Positions 1 to 12,800 of a DNA stretch of 64,000 nucleotides are shown here, in pieces. The position numbers were made by a program, and so were the translations under genes. This DNA comes from Antedon mediterranea (taxonomy: Eukaryota; Animalia; Echinodermata): the NCBI RefSeq assembly GCF_964355755.1, contig NC_092670.1, positions 5,632,201-5,696,200 of the forward strand, given 5' to 3'. The first letter of the stretch is position 1, and each line of letters starts with the position of its first letter. Under the pieces are notes generated by a model, which did no database searches, was not told where the DNA came from, and was given only the letters and a program-made list of their open reading frames with translations.

Positions 1-731
1 ATTATTGGAAGGTCATGTTCTTACGTTGCGTATGTTGCGTTACGTTGCGTCGCTAGTGGTAACCAAGCTTTACTATCATCAACCGTTTTGTGTCCAGATT
101 TTTACCAGACATTTAAATATAGAGATTTTATCTCTTTTGAATATTTGTTTGTTCAGTTTTAATTTATTGTGTTCTAACAATAACACTACTCATTGTTTTA
201 ATATAACTAAATATGTGCTTATTCGGCATTTATTTTATTAAAAATTACTTCTTCTTCTTCGTATTAGGAGCCAAGTTCAGATGTGAAGACTCTGCTCCTC
301 AAACTCTGTTTTGCTAGCTCTAATTACTGTTATTCACATTTCTATTACTTTTTAATAATGGATGTTTTTATTGTTTTTAATTAGACACTTACGCGTTATG
401 TGAAAGATTAATTAATGATTAATGTCTTACATTACATACATTTTAAAATTTCTTGTACAATAATAATAGCACACTAACTAGCACTTTGTTTGGTTAATTC
501 AGTTATGTCTAATACAACCATAGTTATTTTATTGATTTAGATATTGAAATCATAATTTTTCTGCTATCTTTGGAGATTTAAACTCAACTATCTTTCAATT
601 TTACGTACTTTCTCTAACAACCAATTAACAGCCCCGCAAAAGTACTCAATAATTACAATGTTACATTTTCACGAACCACACAATTCTGAGGCAATTTTTT
701 TTAGGCCAAGGTAAATAACATTGACAAAACT

Positions 732-808
732 TTATTGCCACGCATTCCTTGAAGCTGGTCGACTTTCTTCTTGCAAGCTGGACGCGGTGAACAAACGATT
801 TAATGAGC
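732..808 (-). CDS. Gene 1 last coding exon (GSLNRLFTASSLQEESRPASRNAWQ*)
   Basis: cag acceptor, phase 1, TAA at 732-734; clear homolog of gene 2 last exon 35684-35766. Confidence 0.8.
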
Positions 809-3800
809 CTGTTAACGTAAAAGAAACAATGTATGGTGGTTATAAGCTGTAATCAGAAGCCTAGCTTTACGTTCTTTTACTTCTTTTACTAAGTTTATGT
901 TGATAACATCCATCTTAACTTCAACTCAGCACCGAACCCTCTTTTCTTTATAATGTTAAGACGTAACGTTACGGCGAGTTGCGTTGAATTGACAGGATTC
1001 AACGATTTTACAGGAAAAGTGGGTAAAAATTAACGTTAAGAATCATTTAAATCTGCAATCGTTGAAGATGAACCAAGTTCAACTCAACTTTACGAACGTT
1101 AAAACCAATCAAATGATCCATCAACATCGACTGATACACTAGTGGGAAGAATATTGTTGTCCGAGTATTTTATTTTGCCTGGTCGGTTATACATTTAACG
1201 CAACTCGTCGTAACGTTACATCGATTGAAAAACAGGCTTTATGTTTGGGTAACCCTACAGCAGAACTCACAAGGAAACAATTACTACTGTATTTCGTTAG
1301 ATATTTTGGTTGCCTACCTGATGAATGTGAACTTGATCCATCAACATCGACTGATACACTAGAAGGAAGAACATTGTTGTCCGGATATTTTATTTGACCT
1401 GGTCGGTTATACCTTGTTCATTTGAAGAAAATATGTAAATAAAAGTTATTCTAAAAACTACATCACAATGCTATTTAATTCACTATGTCGTTCGGATGGT
1501 CGGTTGGTCGGTCGGTAAACACTAACTCAAATTGGAGCACACGACTGCAGCCATGTATTTGGCCTTGTTTATTTAAAAAACAAAATGTCAGTCGGCAACT
1601 AATTAGATAGATGGAACATTATTCCCGCCAAACATTACGATACAAATAAAGCATAATAAATATGATAAACACAAACTTACAATTTGTATACTGCAAAAAC
1701 AACAACAACTGCAACTGCAAAACAACATATTCCAATAACTACAAACACAGTGTATTGCTTTTTATCATCGTCACTGTTTTTTTTTTCCTCATTTGAATAA
1801 AGAGAAACATCTGCGATTTCCATCTGAATAGCAGCTTCAATGCTCTCCTTTTCTTGTTCAATTGAAGTTTTTACAACTTCAGATGGAATGTATTCTGAAA
1901 TAATTATAACAATGCAAGGATTTTCTTCATAATTCTCAACTCTTTTTTTTTGTGATGTTTCTCTAAAAACCTTTATACAGAACATTTCGTAACTTGATCA
2001 ACATTGTAGACATTTCATGAAGTTGTGCATCTGACTTCATTATGACATTATAGTTGAATTTGTTCAACTTTGCGCGATTTTTATTAAATTGTATAATTGA
2101 TCATTTTAAAAGTAATAGGCCTAAATATAATTCATATCAAGGATCAATTTTCTGTTGAGTAAAAATGGCGTATTCCACAATAACAATTACACGCGCACGC
2201 ATGTATGCACATTTAAAATGCTCGAAATCAACATCTATAATTGCCTTATTTTTGTTTTTTGTTTGTTTTATCTTTATACTGGGTGACCTCTTCTTAGTAG
2301 CCTAAGTCATTAAGCATTTCAAAATAAGCATGTTACACAATTGCCTATTCTATACAGATGAATGATATTATGTTTAGCAATTCGTGTTTACACAGATTCG
2401 TGTTTATGTTTCGTACATAATTTGTTACTTTATATTATTTTGTTGACTTCCTACATTATATGAATCGTGTGTCCTTTCATATACACTTTCTCAAATCAAC
2501 TAGTTATTTACGTTTACAATATTATAATGTCTTATAATGTGTTATCTTACCCTTTGTATTGGCATTTCTGCGGACAATATGTCTGAGTGATAGCTTTTTT
2601 TGTTGCTCAGCATCTCTCTTACGTCGTTCAGTATTGTTCTGATAACATGTTTCAAAATAGTCTTTGTATTTAACCGACAGAACTATGTTAATCTGGTTAT
2701 TATTAGTATCTTCAATCAGCTTTATATTCTCTTGCGTTGTAATATTTCCAATTAATATGTTTTGTCTATTAAAAAAACCCGTCAGGTATATATTAAATAA
2801 TAGTTCTATTTTTAATTGAATGCTGTAACTCTTCTATTTACACCCTGCAATACATTCTATACCTAACATAAAAATGATGAACATTCATATTATGTATGAT
2901 AATAACATAACATTAGTTATAAACTATTTTAGATTAAACTTTCATTCCACACACCGTGCGATCTTCAGGTCTTTGTGCCATAACATTTTGTTATGTTATT
3001 AATTATATAGCACACCTGTGTATATTCTTGTCCTTACATAATAATTAATATAATACCAATACCAACAAGTTATCTTATTTTTACTTCTTACTAATTAACT
3101 AAGTCATAATTAATTTAAAATGCTTTTAAAAATACATATTAAAGTTAAAGAAATTGTTGAAAAGAGAATATTCATTACAGAAACTTGCCTAATATACATT
3201 TATATATTATTTACCCACGATCGAATAATGATGAAAATAACTCACGCATAAGATTCTGTCCACACACAGCAAAGGGCAGCATTTAAATAACAGAAGGTAT
3301 TTACGGCATTCGAAGTAATGAAACGAAATATTTCTTTGGCGGTAGTCCACTGTTCCTATAATATTGCAAATATATTTTATAAATAAAAATATAATAATAA
3401 TGCATTTATTTTGTTTAAGCTTTGAAATTGTTTTAGTATTTTAGTGTGACATTGACATGATATCGAGCTTAGTTACTTTGTGTAGCTGCTAAAATTGTAT
3501 ATTTTTTTCATACCTCCTGACCATGTAAAATTAATGAAACGGCTTCTATGTAATTATCACCTGTAAGATATGAATGGAAAAGACTAATATTTTAATTCCT
3601 AATGCTCGTTGTTGTTTCGAGATCCAGCCACTTATATCCACAGCATTTTCATTTTTGCGGTAATTTACATTTTATTTATTTTTTTAAAATGATGGACCCA
3701 TTTATAATTATTTTAATAATAATGGTTAGCTTACTGGCAAAAGTGGTTGACTCCACCTCTGTTTTAGTAGCTTTTCTCGTGGCTGCACTGGGTTCATTGG

Positions 3801-6800
3801 TATTTGACTCTTCAGAACTAATGTCTGTCTGCTGTGTTGATGTAAACGTAGTCCGACCATGTGCAGTATGTTCTAATGTAAATCCAACATCACGTTGACT
3901 TGCTGTGGTCACCAAATCATCACCAAATGTTTCAGTTGTTAGACCTTTATCAGTATAAGTACTCGACCACGTATCTGTTGTTTCCCGAGTTGACCGTTCT
4001 GTTAGTGTTTGCTCATTTGTTAGACCATTCCAATCATAACTACTCGACGTCACATCTGTTTCATCCAGCAAAACTGTTGTAGCCTGACTTGTTCTCTCGC
4101 TTTCAAGAATTGTAGTTCGCCGAGTTTCTTCATTTGTTCCATCAATACTACTTGTGTCTATCTCATCCGTCATGGCTGCTGTTACCTCACTTGTTATTTC
4201 AGTTTCTGGAATTGTAGTTTGCTCAGTTGTTAAATAGTTTATATCATAACTACTCGACAACGGTGTGAGGTCATCCGACGTTAATGTTGTTTCCGACGTT
4301 GTTTTTTCTGATTTTGGTATTATAGTTTGCTCGGTAGTTCCATCCAAGTTAGCCGTTGACGCTTTGGTTGTTCTTCCTTTTTCTGAAATTTTTGTAGTTT
4401 GTTCAATGTTTTCATAAGAACTGCTCGATGATATGTCATCTAAAGCAGTGGTTGCTTCCAGAGTTGCCTTTTCTGTTTCTTGTATTATAATTTGGTCAAT
4501 TGTTATACTTGGTAGATTATCAGTACTCGACCGCGAGGCTATTTCGTCCAAAATAGTTGATCTTTCTGTTTCTGGAATTGTAACTATCCCAGTTATTTTA
4601 TCATTTCCTTCATCACTACTCGTGTATACGTCATCCATCATATTCGTTGTAGCTATAGTTGTTTCCTTTGTTCCTGAAATAGTAGTTTGCCGAGTTCCTT
4701 CACTTATTCCATCAACGGTACTTGCGTCTATCTTCTCCGAAATGGTTGTTGTTTCGTGAGTTGCTGTTTCTTGAATTGTAGTTTTCCGAGTTACTTCACT
4801 TATTCCATCAACGGTACTTGCATCTATCTCATCCATAATGGTTATTGTTTCTTGAGTTGCTGTTTCTTTAATTGTAGTTTGCCGAGTTCCTTCACTTATT
4901 CCATCAATGTTACTTGGGGCTATCTCCTCCGACATTGTTGTTGTTTCTTGAGTTGCTGTTTCTGGAATTGTAGTTTGCCAAATTTCTACAATTTCATAAA
5001 AACTGCTCGATGCTATGTCACCCAAAACAGTGATTGGTTCCTTAGTTTGTCTTACTGTTTCTAATATTTCAATTTGGTCGGTCGTTACACTTAGTATATC
5101 AACACTACTTGACCGCGAGACTATGTCATCCAGCAAAAGTGTTGTTTCTTTTTCTGGAGTTGTAGGTAACCCAGTTGTATATATTCCGCCATCAGTACCC
5201 GAATTTATGTCATTCAACATAACCGTTGTGGCTATAGTTGTTTCTGAAATTATAGCTGTTTCATCCAATATGGGAGTTGTAGCGTGAGTGATTCCTTCTG
5301 CTTCTAGACTTGTAGTTCTTCCATCAACGCTACTTAATTCTATTTCATCAATCATGACTGTTGTTTCATGAGATCTTAATTCTGTTTCTGGAATTGTAGA
5401 TTTCTCAGTTGTTAAATATGTTAAATCATAACTACTCGACCACGAGGTTAGGTCATCAGATATGTATGTTGTTTCCAAAGTTGTTTCTGTTTTTGGTATT
5501 ATAGTTTTCTCGATTGTTTTATCTAACTTGTTAGTTGAGACTTCAGTTGTTCCTTCTGTTTCTGGAATTGTAGTTGTTTTATCTTTCTCGTCGTCATTAC
5601 TCGACCATGAGACAATGTCATCCAAAAAAGTTGATATTTCTGTTTCTTGAATTGTAGTTTGCTCAGTTGTTTCATGTATCATATTATTACTACTCGATGA
5701 CAATGTTAGATCATCTGACATGTATGCTGTTTCCAGCGTTATTCTTTCTGTTTCTGGGGTTGTAGTTTTCACAATTACATCAAAATTGTCATCAGAGCTG
5801 CTCGATGATATGTCATCTAAAGCAGTGGATGCTTCCAGAGTTATCTTTTCTGTTTCTTGTATTATAATTTGGTCAATTGTTATACTTGGTAGATCATCAG
5901 TACTCGACCGCGAGGCTATGTCGTCCAAAAGAGTTGATCTTTCTGTTTCTGGAATTGTAGCTATCCCAGTTATTTTATCATTTCCTTCATCACTTCTCGA
6001 GTATATGTCATCCATCATATTCGTTGTAGCTATAGTTGTAGTTTCATTTGTTCCTGAAATTGTAGTTTGTCGAGTTCCCTCACTTATTTCATCAACGCTA
6101 CTTGTGTCTATCTCATTCATCATGGTTGTTGTCTCTTGAGTTACAGTTTCTTCATTTTGTTCATAAGAACTGCTCGATGCTGCTATGTCATCCAAAACAG
6201 TGGTTGGTTCCTGACTTTGTCTTACTGTTTCTAATATTTCAATTTGATCGGTCGCTACACTTAGTATATCAACACTACTCGACTGCGAGGCTATGTCATC
6301 CATCAAAGGTGTTGTTTCTTTTACTGGCGTTGTAGGCAGCCCAGTTGTTGTATATATTCCGTCATCACTGCCCGAGTATATGTCATTCAACATAACCGTT
6401 GTGGCTATAGTTATGTCGTTTGTTTCTGAAATTGAAGCTTTTTCATCCAATATGGCTGTTGTAGCAGCTTGATTAGTTCCTGTTGTTTCTAGACTTGTAA
6501 TACTTTCTGTTTTTCCATCAACGCTACTCAAGTCTATTTCATCAAGCATGACTGTTGTTTCATGAGATCTTAATTCTGTTTCTGGAATTGTAGTTTTCTC
6601 GGCTGTTAAATAGGTTATATCATAACTACTCGACCACGACGTTAGGTCATCAGATATATATGTTGTTTCCAAAGTTGTTTCTGTTTTTGGTATTATAGTT
6701 TGCCCGATTGTTTTATCTAACTTGTTAGTTGAGACTTCAGTTGTTCTTTCTGTTTCTGAAATTGTAGTTGTTTTATCTTTCTCGTCGTCATTACTCGACC

Positions 6801-9800
6801 ATGAGACAATGTCATCCAACAAAGTTGATATTTCTGTTTCTTGAATTGTAGTTTGCTCAGTTGTTTCATGTATCATATCATTACTACTCGATGACAATGT
6901 TACATCATCAGACAAGTATGTTGTTTCCAGCGTTATTCTTTCTGTTTCTGGAGTTGTAGTTTTCCCAATTACATCAAAATTGTCATCCGAACTGCTCAAT
7001 AAAATGTCATCAAAAATAGTGGTTGCTTTTGTTATTTCTGTTTCTAGCTTTGTAATTTGATTGGTTGTTACACTTTTTTCATCATAACTTCTTGACCACG
7101 AGACTATCTCATTTAACACAGATGTTATTTCCCAAGTTTTTGTTTCGGCTTCTGAAATATTAAATTGCTTGATGTGTAATATAAAGGAATAATTAGACAT
7201 ACAGTTTTCTAAAAAAAAAAAAAAAACTACAACTTGTAAATATATACCTATAATTTGTTTTAAATATAATAATTATTATCTTTTTTTTGTTTACCTTGAA
7301 AACATTAAATAGAACCTCCTCATTGGAGGAGTTAACATACCTATTTCAATAACATTCAGTCCCAGAGCAAATCCTCTGTTAACCACTGAAAAATCAGTTT
7401 GAAAAGTTATATTCACGTGTGTTGTAACCAGAATAGAGTTGTTACTAGTCCACTCTATAAGTAATGTATCGCCATTGATATCAACATAAGTTATAATCAA
7501 AAAGTCGCAACAGTTTTCCAGCTCTAAGTCATAAAACGTGAGTAGAATTCCAGTATTTTGTGGACTGTCCACGATCCATTCACAATTGTGGTTGTTATCG
7601 TAGTTATCGGGGTAATTTGGAGAAGTTATTTTGATAACATCATTACTGTTTAGATAAATGTTTTCAACACAATCTGGTGAGGTAAGAAGACAATATTTGT
7701 TACTGATTAAATACTAATTGAACGACACAAAATAATATATAGTTGTAAGTTTATTTGGATATTGCTAATTAATGGTTGTAGTATTAGGCTAGTTACACCT
7801 GGTTTTCCTCTTCTTCTCGGTGCATCTATATGTTGAATTGACAGTCGACTGATTAAATTATTAGAGTATATTCCTAAATAATCGCATTTCTAGTAATGTA
7901 ATCACAATAAGTTTACTTTCTTCTTTAACTTATTTATATCATAGTATTACCATTATATCTGGTTTTTAGTCGCGTGGACGCGACTCTATAGTTCACTATG
8001 TCGGTCGGTCGGTCGGTCTGTCGGTCCGGTATCATTTTAGCACGCGACTTATGGCTGTTGGCCTTGTTAATAATATACTCTCTTTGATTGTTTCCTTATT
8101 ATCGTGTACAAAAAAACAATAACTTTAAATTATTACACTGTGCAAAAAAGTATACAATACTAACCTAATAGTTCAATGACTTCAAGTCCTAGAGCAAACC
8201 CTCTATTCACAATTGAAAAATCTGTATAAAATCTTATGTTCACGTTTTCTTTAGCTAGAATAGTTGTGTTAATACTTCTTCCAGTGAACATTTCCGTCAC
8301 TTCCATGTTATCGATGACGTCAACATAAGTGATCGTCAAAAAGTCACAGCATCTCTCTAGGTCTATGTCATAAAACGTGAGTAGAATTCCTGTATTTTCC
8401 GGACTATACACAATCCATTTGCAGTTTTGGTTATCATCGTGGTTCAAAGGATAATTTTGAGAAGTTATGTTTACAACCTCGCTTGTGGTTAAATAAATGT
8501 TTTCAAAACAATCTGTTGAATGGAGTAAAACTGATGTTAGAAATAAACTAATCGTTAATACCTTGATTTAGAGAATCATTTATATTTCTATTTTTTAGAA
8601 ATATTTATTGATGTTCACAATTTTAAGAAGTAATACTATAATTTACGTTTAGAAATATATAGAGAGATACGTGTAATTCCAACGATGCGATCAGTCGATA
8701 CGGGTGTTCGGCTGTCGAGACTAAACACTGTTTTAATTTGGAGGCACGGTATTTGTAAATCCGGCCATTGCGGTATACAGCAGATGAGGTTGCATAGTTG
8801 ATATGTAACGTAAAAACTCGCGAAACATGGCCTCTGTTATTTTTTGGCAATTTTTAGTGTTTATCCGTAAAATTCAGGAAAGTGATATAGCCTATCCTGT
8901 GCGGCCCATCAAGAAACATTAGTGTGCCAAATGTCAGCACGTACCATTCAGCGACCAATTTATTAGCATTAATATATAGATACTTTATTAAATATAATAG
9001 ATTTTTAAAGAAATGTTTAAAATTGTACCTACCATTTACCACCGTTGAGTTACTCCTCTCTCTTTGAAAGTCTGAAGTTGCATCTACAATTAAATGTATG
9101 ATATTCATGTGAGTGATGAAAGTTTATTTTACTGCAAGTCTACCGTAGCAAAAATCATATCAATTTTACAAGAGAGAATACAACATTTAGCAATATTTTT
9201 AAGCATAGGCCTAATCTTCATAAAGTTTGTGGATATAGGCCTATGCTTAAATACTAGCATTTTGATATGACGTTAAAGACAATTAAACTTACCGGTTATG
9301 GTAACCCATTCAGTAACTATTTCTGTGCCTAAAGATGTATCTAAAGTAAAAAAAGGTGATAAAAAAATTTAGTAAGCAAGAAAATCTACAGGAAAAAACA
9401 ATCTTCATTAAAAACATGGATGTGACTTAAAGTTGACTTACCACCACCTATCGTAGTCGATATATTATTAAGGTTCGTTTAATTATTCACTATGTCACCG
9501 GGCGGTTTAAAATGTAATAACATAATTGACATATTACATTATATAACGATATATAAATAATAACTATATTTTAGATATAAACGGTACGGTACCGGCAATT
9601 ACAAGTAATTTAAAACTAGAAAATTGTTTAACCAATTTTAAATCTTACTTTGACACAGCAATAGATAGTCCGGACAACAGTCGGTAAGTTCTTCACAGGC
9701 GTTATCGCAATAACAGTTTTTGTCCCATCTACCACATTTGCCTACACAGCTACCTTCAAATAGAATATATAAAGTACACATTTCGTTAAATCGCTTGTTA

Positions 9801-12800
9801 ACTTCTAAAATGTTTACTTAATGGTATAGAAAGTTGATATATACGTTTAGTAACGAAATGAAAACCATTACAATAATATGATTAATTTATAAAATATGCA
9901 AATGCTGTATGATTGTACTTACCATTTACCATCGTTGAGTTAGTAGTCCCTGATTGTAATTCTGTTGTTGCATCTAGAATTACATTTATGATATTCATGA
10001 AACAATAAATAATTATACAGTAGTATCGAGCTTGTTCTTAAGATCTCACAAATATTTGTAATTTCAAATATTAATTATTTATAGCTTGTTTGAAATAAAT
10101 ATTGTCTTTAATTTTATTTTAACATAAATAAAACTTACTACTAACGTTCTGTAAACACATTATGTAAAATACTTAAAATGTCAACATACCTATGTCAATA
10201 ACTTTCAGTCCTAGAGCAAACCCTCTGTTAACAACTGACAAGTCAGTTTGAAAAGTTACATTCAAGTGTGTTGTAACCAGAATAGAGTTGTTACTATTCC
10301 ATTCTGTCAGTAAAGTATCACCACTGACATCAACATAAGTTATAATCAAAAAGTCACAACAGCTTTCTAGCTCTATATCATAAAACGTGAGTAGAATTCC
10401 TGTATTTTGTGGACTTTCTACGATCCATTCACAGTTGTGGTTGTTGTCGTAGTTGTCAGGGTAATTTGGAGAAGTTATGTTGATAACATCATTACGATTT
10501 AGATAAATGTTTTCAACACAATCTGGTGACAAGAAGACAAGATTTGTTACTGATTAAGCAACACTTAACGACATAAAAATATGTAGTTGTAAGTTTATCT
10601 GGATATTGCTAATTAATGGTAGTAGTAGTAGTATTATAGACTAGTTACACCTGTTTTTATAATTTTTCGTTGCATCTCTATGTTGTGAAATGAAACTCTT
10701 TTTAACAGTCGACTAATTAAATTGTTAGAGTATATTTCTAAAATAATCACATTTCTAGTAATGTAATCACAATAAGTGTACCTTTATTAACTTATTTAAA
10801 GCATAGTATTACCATTATATCTGTTTTTTTAAAATAATATACTGTCTTTGATTGTTCCCTTATTTTGGTCTACACAAAAAACAATAACTTCAAATTATTA
10901 CACTGTGCAAAAAAAAGTTTAGAATACTAACCTAATAGTTCAATGACTTCAAGTGCTAGAGAAAACCCTCTATTCACAATTGAAAAATCTGTATGAAATC
11001 TTATGTTCACGTTTTCTTTAGCTCGAATAGTTGTGTTAATACTTCTTCCAGTGAAAATTTCCGTCACTTCGATGTTATCGATGACGTCAACATAAGTGAT
11101 TGTCAAAAAGTCACAGCATCTCTCTAAGTCTATGTCATAAAACGTGAGTAGAATTCCAGTATTTGGTGGACTTTCTAAGATCCATTCGCAGTTGTGGTTG
11201 TTATCGTAGTTGTCAGGGTAATTTGGAGAAGTTATGTTGATAACATCATTATTGGTTAAATATATGTTTTCAACACAATCTGGGGAGATAAGAAGACACG
11301 ATTTGTTACTGATTAAGCAATAAATGAAAGACACGAAATGTATAGCTGTAAGTGTATTTTGATATTGCTAATTGATAGTAGTAGTCTTAAGCTAGATAAA
11401 AATGCTTTTTATAACTGTTTTTTTTAATATATTTTTTTTATTCAGTATATTACACAGAAGCGCCTTACAAGGTGGAACCACCTTAGCTTCAAGGCGACTC
11501 AGATTAACAAATACAACATTTTAAAACAAAAAACTAACAGAAACATCAATCAAATCTTCCAGAATTATTATGTTGTACATAATAAACCAATAAAGCATTT
11601 TCACAATTCGAAAGAAGATCGGAATCAAAAATAAAAATTGCACTTAAAAATTTAAAATTATACGTTAAAGATGGTGCATGTCTACGCTGTTTTTAACAGT
11701 TGACTGATTAAATTGTTATAGCATATTCCTAAAATAATCCATTCCATTTCTAATGTAATAACAATAACTTCACGTCCTTCTTCTTCCTACAAATACTTTA
11801 TTAAATATAATATATTTTAAAAGAAATGTTTAAAATGTCATGCTGTGTGTATTGTACCTACCATTTACCATCGTTGGGTTACTACTCTCTCTTTGAACGT
11901 CTGCTGTCGCATCTACAATTAAATGTGTGATATTCATGTGAGTGATGAAAGCTTATTTTTACTGTAGGTCTACCGTAGCTAAAATCATATCAATCTTACA
12001 AGAGAGAATACAAAATGTAACAATATTCCTAAACACAGGCCTAATCTTCAAAAGTTTGTGGATAAACTTAAATATTAGCATTTTGATATGACGTTAAAGA
12101 CAATTAAACTTACCGGTTATGGTAACCCATTCAGTAACTATTTCTGTGCCCAAAGAAATATCTAAAGTAAAAAAAAAGTGATAAACAACAAATGTAAGTG
12201 GCAAGATAATCTACAAGAAAAAACAACTACTAATCTTCATGATTAGATTAAGAACAGGCTGCATTAAACCAACCTATTATACTGTACTTCAAAAGGTTTC
12301 AGTATTTAAAAAACATGGATGTGACTTACCACCTATCGTAGTCGATATATTATTAAGGTTCTCAAAGATTTTCTCATCGTTTCAAATAGAATAATTAATT
12401 AATATTCACTATGTCACCGGGCGGTTTAAAATTTAATAAAACAATATATATATATTACCTTATATACCGATATATAAATAATAAATATATTTTAGACGGT
12501 ACGGTACCGTGCAATTACAAGTAATGTAAAACTAGAAAAATTTTAAAACAATTTTAAATCTTACTTTGACACAGCATTAAATAGTCCGGACAACAGTCGG
12601 TAAGTTCTGCACAGACGTTATCGCAATAACAGTTTTTGTCCCACCTACCACATTTGCCTACACAGCTACCTTCAAGTAGAAACGTATCAATATATAAAGG
12701 ACACATTTCGGTAAATCGCTTGTTAACTTCTAGAATGTTTACTTAATGCTATAGAAAGTTGATATATACGTTTGGTAATGATTTTAAGACATGGTGAAAA

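Noticed and set aside
5-241. 78-aa ORF at the window start
   Set aside because: AT-rich, non-ATG start, no domain; lies downstream of gene 1 on the opposite strand
3602-6335. Several plus-strand ORFs (3602, 3900, 4433, 4687, 5015, 5462, 5720, 6102)
   Set aside because: Antisense shadows of the repetitive mucin exon
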